Virus record (IMG/VR): IMGVR_UViG_3300036770_007495
Span: 1 to 64,000 of that record
Strand: one strand, 5' to 3'
DNA: 64,000 bases
The notes beneath the pieces were generated by a model. The model ran no database searches. It was not told the DNA's origin and was given only the letters and a program-made list of their open reading frames with translations. The number at the start of each line of letters is the position of its first letter. Positions within the stretch are counted from its first letter, which is position 1. Positions 50,760 to 60,371 of this stretch are shown here, one piece after another. The position numbers and the translations under genes were made by a program.

Positions 50760-51386
50760 ATGTCTTATCTTAACAAAGATGCACAAAGCATTTCATTGTT
50801 GTATGAACAGCTTGCACAAGCCCCAGCTCCTGTTGCTGCACCTGTTGCTGCACCTCCATCCATGGTGCAACAGCAACAACCGGCTGCTCCGCAGCAACAA
50901 CAACCAGTTGCCAATGCTGCCAAAGTACCAGCATTTGCTTTGCGTACTTTTGGAGACATCAAAGCCATCATCAACAGAGTCAAAAACAAACAGAAAGTTG
51001 CCGGCGTTGCTGCTGCAGGTGCAGATGCTGCCATTGATGCTGCATTGAATATGATTCCTGGGCTTGGTGCAGCCAAGTCTGCATTTGCATTTTTTAAAGC
51101 AGCCACCTCTCGCCCTGATACTCAAAAGACCAACACCTTCATCGATCAATTGGATGTGGATGATTCCATGAGCAAAATTGTGGATGATACTGTGGAGAAT
51201 GAATTTTTGCAAAACATTGAATCCATCATCAGCAAATATCCTGACAAAGAACCATTGCCAGCCAATTGGAACATGACCAATGAACTGGTGAAGTTTTTGC
51301 GCAACAAGTACAAAAACTCACCTGCAGTGCTGCAGCATCTCACAGACATTACCGCTCGCATGCAGCCTGCAGCACCCATCAGATGA
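50760..51386 (+). CDS. Late protein, putative virion internal protein
   Basis: TAAATA upstream; KDAQSISLLYE; Pro/Ala/Gln linker. Confidence 0.7.
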   Translation: MSYLNKDAQSISLLYEQLAQAPAPVAAPVAAPPSMVQQQQPAAPQQQQPVANAAKVPAFALRTFGDIKAIINRVKNKQKVAGVAAAGADAAIDAALNMIPGLGAAKSAFAFFKAATSRPDTQKTNTFIDQLDVDDSMSKIVDDTVENEFLQNIESIISKYPDKEPLPANWNMTNELVKFLRNKYKNSPAVLQHLTDITARMQPAAPIR

Positions 51387-51390
51387 CTAT

Positions 51391-53799
51391 TCACTCATTA
51401 TGGTGAATGTGATACAATGCATCTGTTGTTGACTGCTGCACACCAGTTGTTGCATTTATCAAGAATGACTGACCTGCACCTTGCGCATTGAATTCTTTGC
51501 GGCAATAGTAGATGGTTTCATCATCATCATTTTTGCCTTCAATGAAAAAGCTAAATGCCACACGAGTCAGCAATGGCTGAATAAAAATTCTGCTCCATGC
51601 AACATCCCATGCTTGTGCTATCTGTGTCAAGTTGTTCAATGTGGGCGTGGACAATACAGCAGATGTATCTGCAAAATTGCCAATGAACACTGCATTGTTG
51701 TTGATGATGGTTTTTCTGCCCACTTTGATTTCATTCTGCACTCCATGCTCTTGAATGTATGCATGATATTCTTGTGGATCCACTTCATCATTTCTGCCCA
51801 AGGCTTTGAGATGCAAATAATGTTTGGCAGCATCGCTCAATTCAGATGCTTTCATCTTTTTGCGATCTGATACATTGAGGCGCTTTTGTCTCAAATTTTC
51901 CACCACATCTGCCGCATCAAAGATTTGTTGCTTGCGCACACCAGCCCAATGAATTCTGATGTATTCTGGCACTGCATCATCATCCTGCATGCGTTTAAAA
52001 ACTGGCACATGTGGACTAAAACCAAATACTTTGCTCATATGTTTGTATTCAGCCAATGCTTTACCATTTGCATCAAATGCATACATGCTTTGTTTGAATG
52101 TTTCATCATCATACAAAGTTACCAAGTATGTTTGCGGCACTTGCATGAATGGCTTCAACATCAAAGGTGCTTTGTCAGGACGTTGCAGCAATTGTTTGAA
52201 CAACTGTGACTGTTGCAATTTTTTGAGTGCAGCATCAAAAGATTGTTTTGGCAGACGCAAATCTCCTGCATTTGCTGCCATGCGTTTCATGAATTTTTTG
52301 AAATGAGCATTTTTAATTTCTACATCATCAATGATGCAACGAGCAAACAAATTTGGTGCATATTCTGTCATTGCATCTTCCGACAATGCTTTAAACAATT
52401 GCGGCAATTTTTTATTCAATTCAACAGCATCATATGTTCCAAGCAATTGCACCATCTTTTGCATCTCATCAATGTTGGTGCCAAAATGCATGTTTGCATT
52501 GTGCCCAATTGCAAATTTAATGCTGCAGTTTTTTAATTCATCACCATTGAAGTTAAAATTCAAAAACACAGCTTTGTATTTGAACTGCAACTTAAATTCT
52601 TGCAACATCATGGTTTGTGCATTATACATGGCAATGAGCTGCCCCACGTTCAGTGCTTGATCCAATGGCATTGACACCACATGATCAATGGCCTGTCGCA
52701 CTTGTTCAGACAATCCATCCACAAGGTTTCTGGCCACTTCACCCCAATACAAGTCAAATTCATACACCTCTATACCATCAGCTGTTCTAATTGTGTTCTT
52801 GCCTTGTTCTTGATAATTCTCAGCAGCTCTTTTGGCATATCTTGCGGCCTCTTGTGGCAGATGCTGTTGCAACACCCGCACTGGGTCCATGTACGGCATA
52901 TTGAACTGCGGAGGATAGGCAAAAAAGTGATACACCGTTCTTGGTGCAGCAACATCTGCATATGTCTTTTTAAGATCACGCGGCAAATCCAACCAACTGT
53001 CCATGTAAATTGTTTTGCCCATGGCAATGTATGCTACTTTTTTCTCGTAGCTCAGCTCATCAAAAGTTTCAGCATCTGCATGCGCCAAATCTGCTTGCAT
53101 TTTTTCTTTGGCACTAAATTCATGATACTCAAACAAATGCTGCAGTCCTTGCAACTTGGGCTGCATCTTTACAACTTGCTGCCAATTCATTTGCTTTTGA
53201 AAATCATTGGTGGCATTGGTAACAATGTAATCATCATTTTGTACACCTGCTTGAATCACAAGCAAGTGGCGGGTATTGCTCTGCGGCAATGATTCATCAT
53301 ACACAAAATAGAACGAACGTTTTTTGAATCTGTATGAATCATACATGTTGCCACCCATGGGTCTTGACACACAAAATGTGTATGATTTGCCAAACTGATG
53401 ATGCCCCAGATGAATGCATGCTTGCTTGCTGGGTGCATCATAAATCTTCAATTGATTTTCATCATAAATGAGTCGTGATTCTGGTGGTGGTTCATCCACA
53501 TGCTCTCTCTTTGGTCGTGTTTCTGGTGCAGGCAATTGATCCACTGTGGTCTCCAATTGACTCCATGAATAGTTGAAAATGTCTGTGGGCTGACTAATTT
53601 TGTAAATGCGGCGCACAAAATTGATGATGCGCGGTGAATCTTTGATGGCATTGAAGCGATTGATGTACCACTCCATGACTTCATCAGTCAATGCAGCATC
53701 TTGTTTTTTGAATTTTTGTTTGAGCTGTTCAACGACGTTGGGCGCATATGCCTCAGCATACATCATGTACATTTCATGAAAGAGAGATGATTTCATCAT
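51391..53799 (-). CDS. Large late protein (shares domain with 54615..55787)
   Basis: TAAATA upstream; IY.A.....C..LG..YTFC.SR...NM...Y. Confidence 0.75.
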   Translation of the reverse strand: MMKSSLFHEMYMMYAEAYAPNVVEQLKQKFKKQDAALTDEVMEWYINRFNAIKDSPRIINFVRRIYKISQPTDIFNYSWSQLETTVDQLPAPETRPKREHVDEPPPESRLIYDENQLKIYDAPSKQACIHLGHHQFGKSYTFCVSRPMGGNMYDSYRFKKRSFYFVYDESLPQSNTRHLLVIQAGVQNDDYIVTNATNDFQKQMNWQQVVKMQPKLQGLQHLFEYHEFSAKEKMQADLAHADAETFDELSYEKKVAYIAMGKTIYMDSWLDLPRDLKKTYADVAAPRTVYHFFAYPPQFNMPYMDPVRVLQQHLPQEAARYAKRAAENYQEQGKNTIRTADGIEVYEFDLYWGEVARNLVDGLSEQVRQAIDHVVSMPLDQALNVGQLIAMYNAQTMMLQEFKLQFKYKAVFLNFNFNGDELKNCSIKFAIGHNANMHFGTNIDEMQKMVQLLGTYDAVELNKKLPQLFKALSEDAMTEYAPNLFARCIIDDVEIKNAHFKKFMKRMAANAGDLRLPKQSFDAALKKLQQSQLFKQLLQRPDKAPLMLKPFMQVPQTYLVTLYDDETFKQSMYAFDANGKALAEYKHMSKVFGFSPHVPVFKRMQDDDAVPEYIRIHWAGVRKQQIFDAADVVENLRQKRLNVSDRKKMKASELSDAAKHYLHLKALGRNDEVDPQEYHAYIQEHGVQNEIKVGRKTIINNNAVFIGNFADTSAVLSTPTLNNLTQIAQAWDVAWSRIFIQPLLTRVAFSFFIEGKNDDDETIYYCRKEFNAQGAGQSFLINATTGVQQSTTDALYHIHHNE

Positions 53800-53811
53800 G
53801 GCTTTATTTAA

Positions 53812-54618
53812 TTACACTTCATACTCTGGCAGCTCTTTGCCACAAACTCGGCGCCAAAATGCACCCAAAGAATACATGTTTCGTTGCTCTGCTGGTGCAA
53901 CACCTTCACGTGGCCAAGAAATTCTTCTGAAAATTTTGAGTGCTATTTCTCTTGGAGCATTGCATATGATTTCATCAATCCATGCACATGGCTTGTGCAT
54001 GGTTCTAACATAGTATGTGTAATATGCATTCAGCAATTCTATTGATGCATCATCAATGCTTTCAATTGCGGGCATAGTTTTTTTGATCAGAGGTTCAAAC
54101 TGGCCATCAAATTCTTTTAAACTTGACAAATATTTGTTGATGGAGGCGCTGGCAGCATCCCACTTATCAATCTTTTTAAATGCTTCAACGTTGTTGCTCT
54201 GCAACAATTGCAAAACAAGATGTTCAATGATGACTGGTTTTTTGTTGAAGCGTTTGCAATACTGCAAGTACTTTTCAACTGTTCCACTGTAGCCCCACCA
54301 GCTGATGAACTTGTTGTCAGCGCCTTCCTTCAAGCTATCAAGAGCTTTTTGAAAAACATCTTGAGCAGCAACATCAATGTTTTTGTATACTCTGAGTGCA
54401 TAGTTGCATGCATATTCCACTGTTGTGGTTGACATGTATGTTGATTCTGGCAGAGGTTCATCAGACAGCAATGCCAAAATGTCTGATGAATATCTATAAA
54501 ATATCCTGTTGACATTGTCCAAATTATCAACCATGGCCTGTTTGACATCATCAGGAATGCTTGCAGCTTCATTCAGCACTTGTTGCTGATAAATTTGTGT
54601 GAGGTAATGTGAGATCAT
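53812..54618 (-). CDS. Late protein
   Basis: N-terminal ...QVLNEA. Confidence 0.65.
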   Translation of the reverse strand: MISHYLTQIYQQQVLNEAASIPDDVKQAMVDNLDNVNRIFYRYSSDILALLSDEPLPESTYMSTTTVEYACNYALRVYKNIDVAAQDVFQKALDSLKEGADNKFISWWGYSGTVEKYLQYCKRFNKKPVIIEHLVLQLLQSNNVEAFKKIDKWDAASASINKYLSSLKEFDGQFEPLIKKTMPAIESIDDASIELLNAYYTYYVRTMHKPCAWIDEIICNAPREIALKIFRRISWPREGVAPAEQRNMYSLGAFWRRVCGKELPEYEV

Positions 54619-55787
54619 TGTGCGTCGTAGAATAAAATGGATAAGATGAGATTGCCATTGTCTGCTTCATCGCGCAAATGCAAATGCGGCAATGCAGTTA
54701 TTTTGGCCAACTTCAGGCGATCAGCAGGCTGCATGATGCTCCACAAAGATGCATCTACATTTCTGATGCGCTTGAACAATTCATTGCGCAGTGCACCATT
54801 GAGGTGTGGATATGTCTCCAATTCAAAAGGAATGCTGCCATTGGTTTTGATGTACAGCTCTTTTTGTTCTTTTGTTGCAGCATTGAATGCTTCTGCACTT
54901 TGCTTCAAATCATTGAGTGTGCGGTGCACAAAAATCTCTCGTTCTGAAAATGAAGATGCAGCAATGCCTTTGAAGTTGCCGCTGCCATTGAACACAGGAG
55001 CAAACTCTGGAAACTGCTCAAGCACTTGCTGCTGAGTTACTGATTCAGTGCCATGTCCTTGTGCACCATTGTCTGCCCAAGTCCATTTGAGACCCCCATC
55101 TTTGTCAATGTGCAGAACAATGAGATGCTCTGGTTGCTCCCATTTGTCTCCCTGTTTGGCATTGGATACAATGTCACCATTAAGGCGCTTCTTCAAACGA
55201 ATGAACCACGTTCCTACTGCAACATCTCCCGGCTTGGTGTATGGGCCAACCCTGCCCTTGTAGTTGTAAAACATGTTGGATGAACCTCTGCGAGAAATGC
55301 AGAAGGTGTAATCTTTGCCAAGCTCACATGCTTCTGCTGGGGTTTTGGCTTCATAAATGGCAATGTAGTCGTTCTCAAAAACTGGATCCACATGATCCAA
55401 TGTTTCATCATCAGCAACAGATTTCTTTGCCTCTTGACGAGCATCCACTTCATTTTCAAATTGCTGAAATGTTGCAAATGCATTGATTTGTGGGTTGATG
55501 CGACCACGTGTGCGCAAATTAACAAATGATGTATAGTAGTGTTGCAATTGCTGCATTGCTTCTTGTTGCGGTGCATCAATCTCTTTGTAGAATTTTGCAA
55601 GCTGCAATGCATCAGATTTGGATGGCGTCTGATCCATTTGAATGATTGATCGTGCAACATCTTCAGTGATGTCACGGGTTTGCATCAACTGCTGCACAGA
55701 AATAGCCTCAGCAAGAACGATGCGCTTGCTGTATACATTTGCAAGCTCATTCATTGCATTGTTACAAGTGAATATCATATGATGCAT
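54615..55787 (-). CDS. Late protein (paralogous domain to 51391..53799)
   Basis: YTFCISR..NMFYNY; start may be 55778 or 55754. Confidence 0.7.
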   Translation of the reverse strand: MHHMIFTCNNAMNELANVYSKRIVLAEAISVQQLMQTRDITEDVARSIIQMDQTPSKSDALQLAKFYKEIDAPQQEAMQQLQHYYTSFVNLRTRGRINPQINAFATFQQFENEVDARQEAKKSVADDETLDHVDPVFENDYIAIYEAKTPAEACELGKDYTFCISRRGSSNMFYNYKGRVGPYTKPGDVAVGTWFIRLKKRLNGDIVSNAKQGDKWEQPEHLIVLHIDKDGGLKWTWADNGAQGHGTESVTQQQVLEQFPEFAPVFNGSGNFKGIAASSFSEREIFVHRTLNDLKQSAEAFNAATKEQKELYIKTNGSIPFELETYPHLNGALRNELFKRIRNVDASLWSIMQPADRLKLAKITALPHLHLRDEADNGNLILSILFYDAQ

Positions 55788-55835
55788 TTATTTATCAACA
55801 TCAATACGTTGCATCAATGCATAAATAAAAATCAT

Positions 55836-56444
55836 ATGATGCATTTTGAAACAATGTTGCTTGCACTAGAGGCAAGATTGCAACACAATGAACAAACCAA
55901 AGGATTGGATGCATTCATGAGCCAATTGAATGATGCATTTCCAGACAAGTGGCAATCATTTGCTGCATTGAGAAACATCATTCTTCAATCCAAGTGTCCA
56001 GAGATTCGATTTGAAAGCATTCGTGCACTAGGAATATCCATGGGCGACAAATGCATCATCAGCAACAGTGTATTGCGATCTTCTTTTGCACATGCTGTGT
56101 ATGTGATTTTGCATGAGATTGCTCATCAGATGCAATATACAAAATATGGCGAGGATTTTGCTGCGGCCATTTTTATGCATGATATACCAGATGCACAAAT
56201 GGTTCAAATGCTCAGAAAAATTGAATTGACTGCTGATCGTTATGCCATTGCCAAAGGCAAGCAGGTTCTTCGCAATGCAGGTGCAACAGATGTACCAGTG
56301 ACGCGCAGCATGTACAAATCAATGAGCGATGCATCTTTGCTCAGTCACATTCACAATGTGCGTGCAAATGCAAAGAAGCACAATCTCAACACCGTCATGG
56401 ACATCAATGAATGGATTTACAACTCCATCAAAAACGCTTTGTAA
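55836..56444 (+). CDS. HExxH zinc metallopeptidase-like late protein
   Basis: ILHEIAH...E..AD; TAAATA upstream. Confidence 0.65.
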   Translation: MMHFETMLLALEARLQHNEQTKGLDAFMSQLNDAFPDKWQSFAALRNIILQSKCPEIRFESIRALGISMGDKCIISNSVLRSSFAHAVYVILHEIAHQMQYTKYGEDFAAAIFMHDIPDAQMVQMLRKIELTADRYAIAKGKQVLRNAGATDVPVTRSMYKSMSDASLLSHIHNVRANAKKHNLNTVMDINEWIYNSIKNAL

Positions 56445-58146
56445 TTTTATATATTCTATTACTACTATCTTTATACACTTGTAGTGTAGATAAATTGATG
56501 TTTATTCCTTTGTCTCTCAACCTGTTTATTGCTGTATAGAGTGTTTGCACGTGATATGGACTGTTTGAAAAATCGCCCACATCACCTTCTTTTGCATTTA
56601 CAAGAAAATTAGTTAGCGACTTCCATGCAACTTTTAATTGATCATCGGTCTTTCTTGTGATTGATGACACAATGTAGCTGTTGCTTTTATCACGATTTAT
56701 AGTAAACTTTTTGATAAAATCATTCTCACCAGCAAGCTTCATTGCAATTTTTAAATTTGCCATATTCATTGGGGTACCGCGGCTTGTAATATAATTTGTT
56801 AAATCAATGCTTTCTCCTGGCTTTAAGCTACGGATGCGATCTGTTAGTGTTTTTCTCTCTTCACCTTGTTTCAACTTTCTAATAGAAGTTACAAGTGTTT
56901 TTTCTTTGTTTGCAAATTGTATGTCGTATGAATTGAGGGGCTGCTTCAATCTAAAAATATTAGCCTCAAGAGAGGATCTCTTTGTAGGTGGATTAAACAC
57001 ATAAGCATCTCCACCAGGTTCAAGATTTATAACTATATCGCGAAGTGTGTGCAATTTGCGTCTATTAATTACATGCTCTTGTTGACCGAGTCGCCTAATT
57101 GCTGATATATGCATTTTATCGCTATCAACATATTTAAAATCAAATTGATTGATGCTCGTGCCCAGTCTGCTTGTGAATTGTCGAATAGAACTACGTTTTA
57201 TCGGGGATTTAAAAACATGCCAATCATCTCCCGGCTGTAAATTTGCAATAACGTTATATAGGTTTTGTATATAGGGTGTCTTTTTAAAGATAATGCGCAT
57301 CATCTCCACCGCTTGCGACTTATCACCACCTTTATAGGGGTTGACGTATATTGGCACCAGACCAAGGCCCTTCCCGAAATCATTTGCAATATAATCTGCG
57401 ACATTTGCTGCATAAGCAACGTATTTTTGTCGTTTTCGCATATTTAAACCATAGCTAACTTTAGGTGTGCTGCTATCTTCAGCTGGAGCAAGCTCATTAT
57501 ATGCTGGATTATTGAACACCGCCTCGTCTTTAGGATTAAAAGGTGGTATTATTCGCTCATCTGTTTTATATCCTGTCTTCTGTGTTCTAAAAGCTACTGT
57601 TACAAACAGCAGACCCTCCGCGCTCAAGAGTTTACTTGCAAGGTAAATATCCGTGAGCTTACTTTCATCAAGAACACCAATATAATCAAGGTCAATTACA
57701 TTAACAGATGCATCTTTGATGTTCTTTAATTCATTTGTTTTTATATTTTTTAGAGCTTGCTTGCCGTCAAGAACTCTGCTTATTGTACTTGTAACATACC
57801 TTTTGAATTTTTTACTATATGGCATCCAAACATTTACTTGTTGTTCTTTGATGAGATCAAATGCAGCAGGTAGTACCTCTTGTTTCAAGACATCCAACTT
57901 AAACTCAGCGCCGTATATATCTGTAACAGCAAAATTACGCTCTAAGAGTAATTTTTCAAAAGAAAATATATGCGGAAGTGATAAAATTTTCAAACCACCA
58001 CTATTACTCAATCTATCAAGTGATTGCTTGACACGGCCAACTGATAAATATGTATGCCTGTCATGTATTTTGTTGGCAAACTTATTAAAGCTATATCTTG
58101 TACTAGCCTCTACTGTCAATTTGAAATATTCATCAAACGTAATCAT
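56428..58146 (-). CDS. Putative SAM-dependent methyltransferase-fold protein with C-terminal repeats
   Basis: KILSLP...IYGAE...VIDLDYIG...EGLLFVT; four L.PG[DE]-type repeats; atypical AT-rich codons. Confidence 0.5.
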   Translation of the reverse strand: MITFDEYFKLTVEASTRYSFNKFANKIHDRHTYLSVGRVKQSLDRLSNSGGLKILSLPHIFSFEKLLLERNFAVTDIYGAEFKLDVLKQEVLPAAFDLIKEQQVNVWMPYSKKFKRYVTSTISRVLDGKQALKNIKTNELKNIKDASVNVIDLDYIGVLDESKLTDIYLASKLLSAEGLLFVTVAFRTQKTGYKTDERIIPPFNPKDEAVFNNPAYNELAPAEDSSTPKVSYGLNMRKRQKYVAYAANVADYIANDFGKGLGLVPIYVNPYKGGDKSQAVEMMRIIFKKTPYIQNLYNVIANLQPGDDWHVFKSPIKRSSIRQFTSRLGTSINQFDFKYVDSDKMHISAIRRLGQQEHVINRRKLHTLRDIVINLEPGGDAYVFNPPTKRSSLEANIFRLKQPLNSYDIQFANKEKTLVTSIRKLKQGEERKTLTDRIRSLKPGESIDLTNYITSRGTPMNMANLKIAMKLAGENDFIKKFTINRDKSNSYIVSSITRKTDDQLKVAWKSLTNFLVNAKEGDVGDFSNSPYHVQTLYTAINRLRDKGININLSTLQVYKDSSNRIYKITKRF

Positions 58147-58154
58147 ATGATTAT

Positions 58155-58508
58155 TTACTGCATTTTGATGATGAGCTCGCCCAGCACTTCAATGAGTCCC
58201 ACTTTCTTCTGAAACTCAATTTGCTGCATTTTTACAGAAGAATTGATGCTTGAATTCAACTCTTTGGTGAGTTGTTTGAGCTGTTTTTTTGCTGCATCAA
58301 CATCAAATTTACCATTTGCGGCCTTTTTGTAATGCGGCAATTTAACATTGAAGTGATGATATGTAAGCATTGCTGCACCACCTTTTTCTTTGGCTGCTTT
58401 GGCAATTTTTTCAGCACCAATGAGTCTTTTGTTTGCAAACTCCTCAAAAGAAGTTGATGATGTTGCTTGTTCATACAAGAGAAATATTTTTTCACTATCG
58501 TGCTGCAT
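58155..58508 (-). CDS. Late protein
   Basis: TAAATA upstream; DSEKIFLLYEQ. Confidence 0.65.
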   Translation of the reverse strand: MQHDSEKIFLLYEQATSSTSFEEFANKRLIGAEKIAKAAKEKGGAAMLTYHHFNVKLPHYKKAANGKFDVDAAKKQLKQLTKELNSSINSSVKMQQIEFQKKVGLIEVLGELIIKMQ

Positions 58509-58559
58509 ATCATTTATTTACTTAAATTCAGTTGATTTGCATCTTTATGATGTTATTAT

Positions 58560-58567
58560 TATAAATA
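58560..58567 (+). promoter_or_regulatory. T4-type late promoter TATAAATA upstream of tmRNA
   Basis: Exact consensus; TAAATA core also precedes ~15 genes in the window. Confidence 0.6.
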
Positions 58568-58612
58568 AACAGCTGATGAATCAGCAAAATTTGATCTTTG
58601 ATATTTATAAAT

Positions 58613-59056
58613 GGGGGCGAACTGGCTTCGACTCAATTGGTTGATTCAGATTCGCATGCAGAGGTAGACTAGCTGGCCTCTATAAAAGCAAGTCAAAAAA
58701 CATAAACGCAGAAGACACTGAAGTCGATGCCCTCTTGGCGCAAGCTGAGTACATCTTCAACAATGCTGACGAATTCCTCGTCAACGAAGTTGAAATGGCA
58801 CTCGCTGCCTAAGCAAAAACAATGTTGGATCCTATTAAAAACATTGAGGCAAGCAATAGGTGGAGCTGAACAATGTATGCTCTTAAATCAAACATTGGGG
58901 TGATGTCAGACTCTTCACTGACATAGGTAGGCTCTAAAACTCAGGTTGATGCGCCATGCAAACCTTTTGCCAATGAAATTGCAAATGCATCCAAGCATGT
59001 AGACGGTTTGATGATGTTGATTGAACACAGGGGTTCGACTCCCCTCGCCTCCACCA
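58613..59056 (+). ncRNA. ssrA: tmRNA
   Basis: GGGGGCGAACTGGCTTCGAC 5' end; GGTTCGACTCCCCTCGCCTCCACCA 3' end; G3.U70; tag ORF 58708-58812 ending ALAA*. Confidence 0.95.
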
Positions 59057-59067
59057 TAAATAACAAG

Positions 59068-60084
59068 ATGATTGCATTTGAAAAATTTTACAATATTCGC
59101 GTCGTAAATGAATCAACAAGACGCAGCTTTTTAAAACAGTTAATGGGTACTGTTGCTGCAGCAATAGGGTCACCAGCTACAGCAACAAAAGCATTGGCTG
59201 CGCAGCCTTCTAAATTTTCTTATGATTTGACTAATGCAATGAGCATTGACTCCATTGCAAATTACATTGTTGACTTCGGAAACGGTAGCAGGCTTTCTGA
59301 GGAAGCACTGCTTAAAAAAGCAAAAAAAATACATGATGAATTTGCTGCAGGTAAAATAAATGCTAAAACTATCAAACAACTGATTGCATATGATAATAGT
59401 TGGATTGATGTTTTACAAACAGTTGAGCGTGAAGCATTAGAAAACTTTATAGAACAGAACCAACAAAAGCTATCACCATACATGGGCGATGAGAACAATG
59501 GGCTGTTCTTGGATGCGTTGCATGGTGTGTTGGACGATTTATCTAACACAGACGCATTGGAGGAGTTGCGACAAGGATTTTTGGCAGGTGACAGCCACGA
59601 TGTTTTTAAATATATCGTACCCGGCGACATAAAAATAAATGGTAAAGTTATCATGACGCAGCAGCAAGCCATTGACAAGGGCATCTTTGAGACAATGAAT
59701 AATGTCATTTCAGCTACTGTTGAGTATGTTAACGAAACTGCTGATTATTTCATGGAAACAAATCTTGATAATAAATCTGTAGATGATGCAGATGAATATG
59801 CGGATGAATATGCAATCGATGATGCTGGTCATCAAGATATTGAGTACTCACCAGCAGATTACAAAGGTAGTTGGGAAAATGATCCTGATTATCAATCATT
59901 GTCCATGGGCGAGAGCATTGTTGCTGAAAAAAGCATTCACGATCCAGTGAGACCCGGCATTCTCAAACGTCAAGTCAAGGGCAAAATGACTTGCAGCAAA
60001 GCCCGCTCACTCAAATCCAAACAAAAGAACAAGGGCAACAACACAGCAAAAGCTGCACAGCGGTATCTAAATTATCACTGCTGA
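59068..60084 (+). CDS. Late protein with internal twin-arginine motif
   Basis: TAAATA upstream; MIAFEKFY..VVNE-STRRSFLK + hydrophobic stretch + ALA. Confidence 0.7.
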   Translation: MIAFEKFYNIRVVNESTRRSFLKQLMGTVAAAIGSPATATKALAAQPSKFSYDLTNAMSIDSIANYIVDFGNGSRLSEEALLKKAKKIHDEFAAGKINAKTIKQLIAYDNSWIDVLQTVEREALENFIEQNQQKLSPYMGDENNGLFLDALHGVLDDLSNTDALEELRQGFLAGDSHDVFKYIVPGDIKINGKVIMTQQQAIDKGIFETMNNVISATVEYVNETADYFMETNLDNKSVDDADEYADEYAIDDAGHQDIEYSPADYKGSWENDPDYQSLSMGESIVAEKSIHDPVRPGILKRQVKGKMTCSKARSLKSKQKNKGNNTAKAAQRYLNYHC

Positions 60085-60098
60085 ACATAAATAAACAT

Positions 60099-60371
60099 AT
60101 GCAATTTGATGATTTGTTTCAAAAAATCTTGGAAGCTCCTGCTACAGCACCAGTGCGAACACCAGCACCTGTAAGAACACCAGCACCAGCCAGACCAACA
60201 CCTGCAAAACCAAGTCGTCCAAGTTGGTTGCCAGATCCAGGCACCAAAACTCGTCCCAAGGCAATGCGTGATGAAGAAAATGAGGATGTTGCAATTGATC
60301 CAAGCATTGAACAACATGATAAAAAGGTTCTTCAAAAGAGACTTGAACGCCGCCGCAACTTTTTAAAATAA
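60099..60371 (+). CDS. Pro-rich late protein
   Basis: MQFDDLFQKILEA; PVRTPA repeats. Confidence 0.65.
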   Translation: MQFDDLFQKILEAPATAPVRTPAPVRTPAPARPTPAKPSRPSWLPDPGTKTRPKAMRDEENEDVAIDPSIEQHDKKVLQKRLERRRNFLK

